A stretch of 64,000 nt of DNA from Sphyrna mokarran (Eukaryota), in contig JAGIQG010000015.1 in the NCBI GenBank assembly GCA_024679065.1, positions 26,970,001 to 27,034,000 of the forward strand. The letters run 5' to 3'. The notes under the pieces were generated by a model that saw nothing but the letters and a program-made list of their open reading frames with translations, was not told the DNA's origin and searched no databases. Each line of letters begins with the position of its first letter. Within the stretch, counting starts at the first letter, position 1. Shown here piece by piece: positions 24,688-33,099 of this stretch. A program made the position numbers and the translations under genes.

Positions 24688-25200
24688 CCGGGGGGGGGGA
24701 GATTTCTCGAAGTGGGGGCTGGGTACTGGGGGTGTGTGGGGGGGTTGTGTATGTGTGTGAGTAACGATTGAAGGGGGTGGGGAGGTGGTGGAAGAGTGGT
24801 GAGATGTGTGGGTGGAGAGAGGATGGGTGGGTGGAAGGTGTGTGGGGAGTGTGAGGAGGTCGTGTGTGTGTGTGTGTAGCGACTGGAGATGTGTGGGGAG
24901 GTAGGGAGATGTGTGGGGGAAAGGGGGATGGGTAGGGAGATGGGAGAATGGGTTAGGGGGATGGAGATGTGTGGGGGGGGGGTGAGGATGTGTGTAAGGT
25001 GGGAGAGTTGGAGGTGAGTGTGGAGTGGGTGTGTTTGTTAGGGGGTGGGATATGTGTGTGGAGGGAATGAAAATTAGGAACAGTATCTGCGGGGTGCGGA
25101 TAGGTTTGGATTCCCCCCATCATCCCGTGTACTTCCCAAGAAATTTAGATTTGCTCACACGGGGGGTGGGGGGGGAGGGATTTAGTTTGGTGGGGGGCTT
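24688..25200 (+). repeat. G-rich low-complexity tract with (GT)n and repeated GATGTGTGGGG units
   Basis: Many G3-G11 runs, almost no C. Confidence 0.85.
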
Positions 25201-25888
25201 TAAAATAATCTCACATTTTGTTTAGAAATTTGGGCACAAGAGCGGGGTCAGATCCAACGGGAGGAAGAAGGTGCCTGAGATTAGAGAGATAGCAGCGCGG
25301 AGTGCACCTAGCCAGTGCAGATTACATTTCCAGCTCCCTCCTTTTGTAATGTATGATTCACTCAACTAAATATACGCCCGCCAGTTTGAGGAGGGCTCCC
25401 GCTTTTTTGGGGGGAGGGATTACAGCATCACGTGGCAAACTCGAGCTATTTCAAACCTATTCCTGCACAGAGAGGATGTGCAAACATCACATACACTGCA
25501 CGCAGATATGCCTCTACTCCAGAGTTCCCATGCAGGGCGCACCACTGGCCACAATCCATTGATAGAGAGCGGTACTGTACCCGGCACTTAATGCATCGGC
25601 GATTGAGCGCCGCCTTTTTATCAATATTTCCCCAATCAGGTCTGTATTTGCAGTTAGCACAACGGAACAACTGTGTAAAAATTCAGCATGTCCATAGAAT
25701 TCTCCATGGTTGTAATACAGAAACACAGCTTTCACCCAGTGCACAGGACAGCACAAAATTCAGCTCCTGTTGCAGAATGCAGAGCTGCAAGTGTTATAAG
25801 ACACCCCGGGTGTAATCAAAGGAAAACAAGGACGTTTTTTTTTCCACGCTAATCATTTAAAAAGAAATCATTGCCGCTGCAAACTTAC

Positions 25889-25961
25889 CGTACACTCCCT
25901 GGGCACAGATGCCTTCGAGTACAACTGTTAGCAGCCACAAGAGTAGATAAGCAAAATCCAT
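25889..25961 (-). CDS. MDGA2: First coding (signal peptide) exon of MAM domain-containing GPI anchor protein 2
   Basis: Translates MDFAYLLLWLLTVVLEGICAQGVY+G, matching the recalled human MDGA2 N-terminus MDLLYGLVWLLTVLLEGISGQGVY(APPTV...). ATG at 25961-25959 in strong Kozak context (AAGATGG). 73 nt ends at a canonical donor TACG|GTAAGT (GT at 25888-25887), phase 1, consistent with a split Ala codon. Confidence 0.93.
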
Positions 25962-25963
25962 CT

Positions 25964-25981
25964 TCACGTTAGTGTTAACAT
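25964..25981 (-). other. Short upstream ORF (MLTLT*) in the MDGA2 5' leader
   Basis: Minus strand reads ATG TTA ACA CTA ACG TGA AG ATG; out of frame with the main ORF, stop 2 nt before the main ATG. Confidence 0.75.
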
Positions 25982-26547
25982 ATCCAGCTCGGGAGCGCCG
26001 TCTTCGTTCCGTTCTGCTTCTACCGAGCCCTCGGCAAACCCGGCTCCAGGGAGAGGAGAGGAAAGGGAAGGGGGGGGTAAACGAGCCACCAGTCACCCCC
26101 CTCTCTCCGCTTGTCAGAAGGCGAGCAACCCGAAGAGGCCACACACACTCACAGGACGGGGTGGCGATGCTTCTGTGTCCGGGGATGCAGTCCGGGAGTG
26201 GATGATTCTCTCAAGGCTCCGGGAGTGGGATCGACCCCGCATGGGGCAGAGCTGGTGAGCAGCCCATGGAAAAGTCGGTGCCCAGACCCAGGGCACTGCC
26301 AGTGGCTTCTGGGCTGGGAGAGGAGGAGGGGGGTGGAGGCTTGCTTTCAAAGTAAACTGGCTCCCTCGGAGATCAATTAAGATAAGTCACTCGATGGTCA
26401 CATCCAATTTTGTACATTCCACCACCAGGCAGCTTCCTTCCTCCTTCCACCAGCAAGCTCCAGACAAACTGCTCTCCCCCAGTGTTTCAGGCTGGAAGAT
26501 TCTCTCTGGGTTTCGCCGTCCAAGTGGAAATCTGCTTCCCTGTGTCC

Positions 26548-26930
26548 ACACACACACACACTCACACTCTCTCTCCCTCACACACACACATACATACAGT
26601 TGGATCTACCAGATTTCACACACACACACACACACTCACTGACACCAACCTATTGCAAGCGAGGAAGTTCAGGACGTGGAAGAGACGGCCGCTTCATCCG
26701 AGGCTTGCAGGGAGGCTGGAAAGATGTCACCCGCGCCGGCAGGAAGGGGAAGGCAGGGAGAAGAGACAGCCAGGTACCCCGAGGAGAGAAGGCAACACCA
26801 TCAGCGTCCACACAACCAAGCCTTCTCTCTCTCTCTCTCTCTCTCTGTGCTGGCTTGTGGTTGAGATAAGGAGAAGATGGGGTGGAGAGGGGTAGATTTT
26901 CTCTATCTCTCTCTCTGTGTGTGTGTGTGT
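26548..26930. repeat. Cluster of (CA)n, (TC)n and (TG)n microsatellites
   Basis: (CA)n at ~26548-26636, (TC)n at 26824-26845, (TC)(TG)n at 26900-26930. Confidence 0.9.
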
Positions 26931-27511
26931 CTCTTGTCTTTGCAGGAGGATGCTGGATGCGAGAAAGACAGAGTCCAAGCCGGGGTTGGGAGTAGCTGAG
27001 CTGGCGGAGCTGGGTAATCACGTTGTGCTGTACGTGCCCCCGATGGTGAACACTGAATCTCGCCCACAGCCCGGAGACGTACAGAGCCGCGTGATTGAAA
27101 CTCGTCAGCAGGAGAAGGGGAGGGAGGAAAGCAGATTCAGAAAAGCTCCTTCCCACTCATCACGCATTTCAGCTGCATCGCTCCTGCTTTTTTTTTCTTC
27201 CCTCTTCCCCCCCCCCAAAAAAAAAACAATATGCGTTTTGAATCAAGCTGCTGTGGGAATGGAAAGAACTTAAAAGAGCAGGGGAGATGTGCGCCGCGGA
27301 GCCGCTGTGTGTGTGTTTATTCAGGCAGCTTTTTTCTCCTCAACGAAAATCTTCACCAAGGCAGCCTCCTCATCAGGAATAGCCATTTCCAACTCGCTCT
27401 CTTTCTGATTCGGAAGATAGGTTTCGTTGGAAATGCCCCCAATTCCTGCTCCAGGCATCTTGGTGTGAAATTCCGCGCACACAAAAGAAAATTCGTAAAA
27501 GTTCAAAGACA

Positions 27512-28023
27512 TGGAAAATCTCAGCAGGTCTGACAGCATCTGCGGAGGGAGAGCAGATCCATGGGGGCATAGAATTTCCTACAGTGCAGAAGGAGGCCAT
27601 TCAGCCCATCGAGTCTGCACCGAGAGCAATCCCACCCAGGCTCTATCCCCATAAATTTACGTTACTAATTTTTCTAATCTAGGCATCCTGGTACACTAAA
27701 GGGGCAATTTAGCATAGTCAATCCACCTAACCTGGACATCTTTCAGAATGTGGGAGGAAACCCACACAGATACAGGGAGAATGTGCAAACTCCATGCAGA
27801 CAATGACCCGAGCTGGGAATTGAACCCAGGTCTGTGGCACTGTGAGGCAACACTGCTAACCATTGTACCACTGTGACTATGACACTGTGCTGCTTTTTTT
27901 CCAGTCATCCAGACTCAAAACTTTAGCTCTATTCTTTCTCCAGAGATGCTGTCAGACCTGCTGAGATTTTCCAGCATTTTCTGTTTTGGTTTTAAATTCT
28001 AGCACCTGCAATATTTTGCTTTT
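27512..28023. mobile_element. Penelope-derived palindrome with an HE1-like SINE (27568-27875, minus) inserted between its arms
   Basis: GGAAAATCTCAGCAGGTCTGACAGCATCT ... AGATGCTGTCAGACCTGCTGAGATTTTCC. Confidence 0.78.
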
Positions 28024-28074
28024 AAAGAGATATCCTTTGATTTGATTTACTGTCACAAAGACGTGCCCGTTAAT

Positions 28075-28210
28075 GCATTGGCCATGCTAAATTCTCCTTC
28101 AATGTACCGAACAGGCGCTGGACTGTGGCAACTAGGGGATTTTCCCAGTAACTTCACTGCAATGTGAATATTGTGACTAATAACAAATAAACTTTTAAAC
28201 TTAAACTTTA
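28075..28210 (+). mobile_element. 5'-truncated V-SINE, alternative tail
   Basis: Matches the 3' half of 54974-55268. Confidence 0.75.
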
Positions 28211-28344
28211 AAAAAATGTTTTGGGATATCATGAAAGGTAGTGTTTCTTCTATGCTGTACAGCAAAACATAGGGGAGAAGAGAATGGTTAGGGTGCAGCA
28301 TAGAGTGTTGTAGTGACAGATATGGTGGTTATGGAGGTCAGTCA

Positions 28345-28695
28345 GAAGAAGATGATGATTAGATATAAGATGATGAGAGGTACTGATTGAGTGGATTTTC
28401 TGAGACTTTTTTCAAGGACTGAAATGGTTGCCATGAGAGGACACAAGAGTGCTGGGGAGTAGGTACAGAGGAGATGTCGGGGTAATTTTTCACTCAGAGG
28501 GTGGTGGGTGAGTGGAATCGGCTGCCAGCAGTGGTGGTGGAGGCGGATTCGATAGGGTCTTTTAAAGGACTTTTGGATAAGTACATGGAACTTAGTAAGA
28601 TAGAGGGTTATAGGTAAGCCTAGTAGGTAGGGACATGTTTGGTGCAACTTGTGAGCCAAAAGGCCTATTTGTCTGTAGTTTTCCTATGTTTCTAA
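28345..28695 (+). mobile_element. CR1 3' end
   Basis: TTTTTCACTCAGAGGGTGGTG..TGGAAT..TTCCTATGTTTCTA tail. Confidence 0.82.
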
Positions 28696-29266
28696 AAGAA
28701 GCAAAGAAAAGTTTATGAAACCTTTTCACCTTCTGAAGACCTGTATCCAAATTTAGTTGGAATACATGAGGTTAGAGTTCACCCTCCACCTCTGGTAAGA
28801 CACTTTGGGGCGGTTGATCACACTCACCAATGTCAAATTGAGTTTAAGATACGGCACTCCATCGTTTCTGAGCGACAAGGAATCCTTCACAGATGCTGCA
28901 AGACCTGCTGAGTTTATCCAGCACTTTATGTTTTTTTTGGAATACTCTTAATAATGTTGATTTTGCTCAATGAACAATTTATCTCCAAAGGGACACAGGC
29001 TATTTGACTAAATCCAGCTAATTTAGATGCATCTTACTACAACTAAGCCGCAGCGATGCTGCAGTGTGTGCAGAGTTAACTAATGGAGCCATATAGACAA
29101 CCAACACAAGTCGCTAATAAGCCACCCTCTCAGTCTGCTTTTATTCCCAGTTGAACCAACAGTACCCTTTGTGACATTATTATATCAAGATTTCTGGAAT
29201 CAGCAGCACCAGAGCAACAAGTCCAATTTCTGGGTTCCATTGGCAAGTCTGGCTGGTCAGTAACAG

Positions 29267-29570
29267 TCTTGGCTTTTTGGCTAAGATTGGGTGTAGTTTT
29301 GCTGTGCTGCTATTGGTTGAAGTCATGAGATTACACTGAGTCTTCATTTGAAGCAATTTTTTAAAGCGGCGTCTAGATATTTTGGCTAAGATGCAAATGA
29401 GATCAAGACTTGGAGGAGGTGCAATGCCTGCTCTAATCAGCTTGGATCTTGTAGATCAAGCCCAAGGCAGGAAGTATCCAGCCTGTCTTGGCAGCTTGAA
29501 TCTGTAATGTCCCACTTGTTAAGACGTTGAATGGACTTTGATTGGATTGAACTGGATATATTAAAAAACA
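29267..29570 (+). mobile_element. Short repeat headed by U2 snRNA 5' sequence
   Basis: 29267-29297 matches U2 nt 7-37 at 26/31; second U2 piece TTTTGGCTAAGAT at 29380-29392; related copy at ~1435-1642 (minus). Confidence 0.6.
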
Positions 29571-30127
29571 GGTCTGTCATATATTGAACACCTCCCCCTG
29601 GTTCAGACATCAGAAACTGGATGCCAGCATCAATTTCTATCACCAGCTAATGAAGCCACCTCACCTGGGGTCCAAATTATCAGTCATATCCCAGCTCTTC
29701 CCAAGGAGAATAGCCACTATTTGATGGCGGAGCAGGACTTAAAGTTCCTCCTTGGGTATAATTGCCTTCAGCACAGTGAAAAGTCCTATCTCAGTGATCT
29801 GTGATATGTTAGACCACCTGATCTCCTTGCCATCCAAGCCCACCGATAATTCATCACCAGTTATTTAATCCCGATACTCAAGTGAGGCACATTTCGAAGA
29901 GTTGTGTTTGACCTGAGATTTCACTATCCCAAATATTCCAGATATTCCCACATATGATTCTTTATTTGGATTACAGAAAGACCAGGCACTATACTATTTG
30001 CACCAAAACGGCCCATTTGAATTTGAGTCTATAAAGGTGTCTGACTGAAATCCAGATGTGTCAGAACTGAATCACAATCAGATCTTCTGAACAACTGCTC
30101 ACATCTGGCATGAAGTTTTACACAGTT

Positions 30128-30272
30128 AGAAGTCTGACAGCACCAGGTTTAAGTCCAACTGATTTATTTGATGGTGAGTTTACTGTCAAATAAATCGGTT
30201 GGACTTAAACCTGGTGCTGTCAGATGTCTTACTGTGTTTATCCCAGTCCAACACTGGCATTTCTACATCATG
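30128..30272. mobile_element. Penelope-derived hairpin element (second family)
   Basis: 45-bp arms at 30133-30177 / 30180-30224; flanked by CATGAAGTTTTACA direct repeats (30109-30122, 30269-30282). Confidence 0.75.
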
Positions 30273-30282
30273 AAGTTTTACA

Positions 30283-31470
30283 GCACAGAAAAAGTCACTT
30301 TGGTCCATTGTGGCTATGCTGGTTACCAAACACCAATATATTCTGTTTTCCCATCCTCACTGCCTGAAAGGAACTCACTGCCTGAAAGGACGGTAGAGAC
30401 AAGAACCCTCACAACATTTTAAGTGGCACTTAGATGAGCATACGGAATGCCATAATACACATAGCTACAGACCAAGTGCCACTTAAAATGTTGTGACGGT
30501 TCTTGTCTCTACCGTCCTTTCAGGCAGTGAGTTCCTAATTCCCATCACTCTCTAGGTAAAAAAAGTTTTCTCCCCCCCACTAAATCTCCTGCCCCTTATT
30601 GGTGGCGCAGTGTAGCACTGCTGCCTTACAGCAGTAGGGACCCAAATTTAATTTCAGCCTTAGGTGACTATCTGTGTGGAGTTTGCATATTCTCCCCATG
30701 TCGGTGTGGGTTTCCTCTGGATACTCTGGTTTTCTCCCACACTCCAAAGAAATATGGATTAAATGGATTGGCCATGCTCATTTGCCCCTTAGTGTTGGGG
30801 GGATTAGCAGGGTAGATGCATGGGATAATGGAGATAGGGCCTGTGTGGGATTGTTATTGGTACATGCTCAATGGGCTGAATGGTCTCCATCTGTACTGTA
30901 GGGATTCTATGATTCTTACCTTAAATCTATGATTATTAACCCCTCTACTAAGGGGTACATTCCAGATCCCTTGTCTCCATTTACACTCTCGTACAATGCA
31001 CTCCAGATGCCTTTTATTCACCACACTCTGAGACAGTACATCCCAGTTCCCTTATCTCCACTACAATATCAGACAGTGCATTCCAAATCCTAACCATTGT
31101 GTGCTTGTAAACCTTCTCTTCATGTCACTGTTGCTTCTTCTGACCATTGCCCAAATCTGTACCCGTTCTATCAATCTACTCATGGATGGAAACAGTTTCT
31201 CCTTATCTACTCTGTCCAAATCTTTTATGGATTTTAACACTTCTATCAAATATCCTCTCCACTTTCTCCTCTCTATGTAGAACAACATAGACATCTTCAC
31301 CCTTGAAGTTCCTCATTCCTGAAACCATTCTGGTGATTTTTTTTTGCACTTTCTCAAATGTATCTTCTTTGTTCTCAATAGTGTAGTGCCCAAAACAGGA
31401 TGCAGTACTCCAGCTAAGGTTGAACTAGCGTTGTTTACTCTATACCCCATTAATAAAACTGTATGCGCTA
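30283..31470 (-). mobile_element. CR1 3' fragments with internal inverted duplication and a nested HE1-like SINE (30601-30915, plus)
   Basis: ERRKWRGYLIEVLKSIKDLDRVDKEKLFP; CR1 3' UTR motifs; CCCCTTA / CTTACCTTAAATC continuity across the SINE. Confidence 0.75.
30369..30536. repeat. Inverted repeat, 63-bp arms (1 mismatch), 42-nt spacer
   Basis: 30369-30431 is the reverse complement of 30474-30536. Confidence 0.93.
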
Positions 31471-32067
31471 TTTCATCCTTTATTGTGTTGTTGAGTACTT
31501 CTGAGCAAAATGAATCACTTTGCAGGTTGCTGCATTAAATTTTGACCAGCCTGTCCATATCTTCCTGTATTCTAGCTCTATCCTCCTAACAGTTTACTGT
31601 TGTTGCAAGCTTCACATCAGCCCCAAATTTTGAGATTGAGCCTTGTACACTCAGCACAACCAAAATCCCAGCGGCTAGAACCACCTGCTGGTGGTTCTAG
31701 CATAAAGGAGAAATTCAGCAATTGTTTGTGCAAGTAGTCAAATCTTGCTATCAGAGCAAATGACTGATGGCCATTGCAGAGAGAATATGGAATCTCCAAC
31801 AACATGACTTTAAAAAATATTTTAGGCCAGCATGTATTGCCCATCTCTTGTTACCCTTGAGAAAGTACTGGTGAGCTGCCTTCCTGATGTGATGCAACCC
31901 ATGTATAGAAGCCATTGAAGTTAACTTTGACTTGATGATACCATTTTAGTGATGCACTGGACTACACCTAAATATCTGCTAATAACAATTGTTCCCCCTC
32001 CCCCAATTTAATAGAGTGAACAGGTGGCATGGGAGAATATCCAACACTAGGCTTAATTTCACTCAAT

Positions 32068-32238
32068 AAGAAATCTCATAACACCAGGTTAAAGTCCAAC
32101 AGGTTTATCTGGTATCAAAAGATTTATTTGGTAGCAACACTGACTTTTGCTACCAAATAAACCTGTTGGACTTTAACCTGGTGTTGTGAGACTCTTATTG
32201 TGTTTACCCCAGTGCAATGCCAGCATCTTCACATCATG
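32068..32238. mobile_element. Penelope-derived hairpin element (second family)
   Basis: AACACCAGGTTAAAGTCCAACAGGTTTAT..ATAAACCTGTTGGACTTTAACCTGGTGTT. Confidence 0.75.
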
Positions 32239-32279
32239 ACTTAAATTCATTCAACCAAACATTTCAGAATTCCACCTAT

Positions 32280-32560
32280 TCACATGTTTGTTGCCTCATC
32301 TGAAGTGCACACTTTAGCTGTTGAACCACAACTACATTATAAGGAGTCCTTAAATGGAGTGGAACTGCACAAGATGTTTTGGAAGAGGGTAAACATTCAA
32401 AAATTGACACTGAGCCAAAGACTTGGTCAAAGCATTGGAATTTAAGGAACAATTTAAAAGAAGAGTCAGATGAAGAGTTGGGGAAGGATTGAATGGAGGG
32501 ACTTAAACGACAGCCAGAGAAAATAAACCAAGGTTGACATGATTCAAGGTTATGGAGCCT
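32280..32560 (-). mobile_element. Degenerate L2-like LINE 3' fragment
   Basis: AAATTGACACTGAGCCA..CTTGGTCAAAG..TTTAAGGA motif recalled from shark L2 3' ends. Confidence 0.4.
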
Positions 32561-32639
32561 CATAATACACTGGGAAGTTTAGAGTTTAACCAGCCACTAA
32601 GACACAATTGAGTTTTCTGTTGCTTATTCCGCTGCTCTA

Positions 32640-32960
32640 GGTAGCACCGTGGTTAATCCAGATGCCTTTCAGCATCAGGGACCCAAGTTGGATTCGAGTC
32701 TTGGATGATTGTCTGTGTAAAGTTTGCACGTTCTCACCATGTCTCCTTGGGTTTTCTCCGGGTGCTCCAGTTTCTTTCCACATTCCAAAGATAAGTGGGT
32801 TAGGTTAATGGGCCATTCTAAATTGCTCTTTAATCTAAGGGGAATTAGCAAGGTAAATACACGAGATTATGGGGATAGAGCCTGGGTGGGATTGTTGTCA
32901 GTGCCAGCTCAATGGGCCGAATGGTCCTTTTCCGCATTGTAGGGATTCTATGATTCTATG
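32640..32960 (+). mobile_element. HE1-like V-SINE
   Basis: V-domain and (ATTCTATG)n tail. Confidence 0.85.
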
Positions 32961-33099
32961 AAAGAATCCAGTCACAGTCAAGAGAAGACTGTCTTCCCAG
33001 GCCCCAGTAATAAGCCAGGTTGGTGGACTGGCCATTAACAGTTCACTTGCGTTACCTCTTAGAATCGATTTTAGACAGAGAGGCATTTCACTTGTCTCC

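Larger units (their letters stand above)
1..25888 (-). other. MDGA2: Intron following the MDGA2 signal-peptide exon (partial; runs off the window)
   Basis: Donor at 25888. No APPTVRIVHSG-like Ig exon appears in the ORF track downstream, and the region is dominated by repeats. Confidence 0.8.
25250..27500. promoter_or_regulatory. CpG-rich promoter/5' UTR region of MDGA2
   Basis: Visibly elevated GC and CpG content, absence of interspersed repeats, (CA)n and (TC)n tracts; surrounds the first coding exon. Confidence 0.75.

Noticed and set aside
25730-25755. REST/NRSF RE1 site (GGACAGCAC)
   Set aside because: Only the right half-site matches; the TCAGCACC half is absent.
25857-26144. 95-aa ORF as a complete gene
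   Set aside because: Starts at GTG and runs through the splice donor into the intron; only 25961-25889 is supported as coding.
26410-27273. Long overlapping ORFs (161, 168, 118 aa) near the promoter
   Set aside because: GC-rich and microsatellite-derived (HTHT, SLSL, ERER); no recognisable protein.
29267-29297. Functional U2 snRNA gene
   Set aside because: Only ~31 nt match with 5 mismatches; no Sm site or 3' stem-loops follow.
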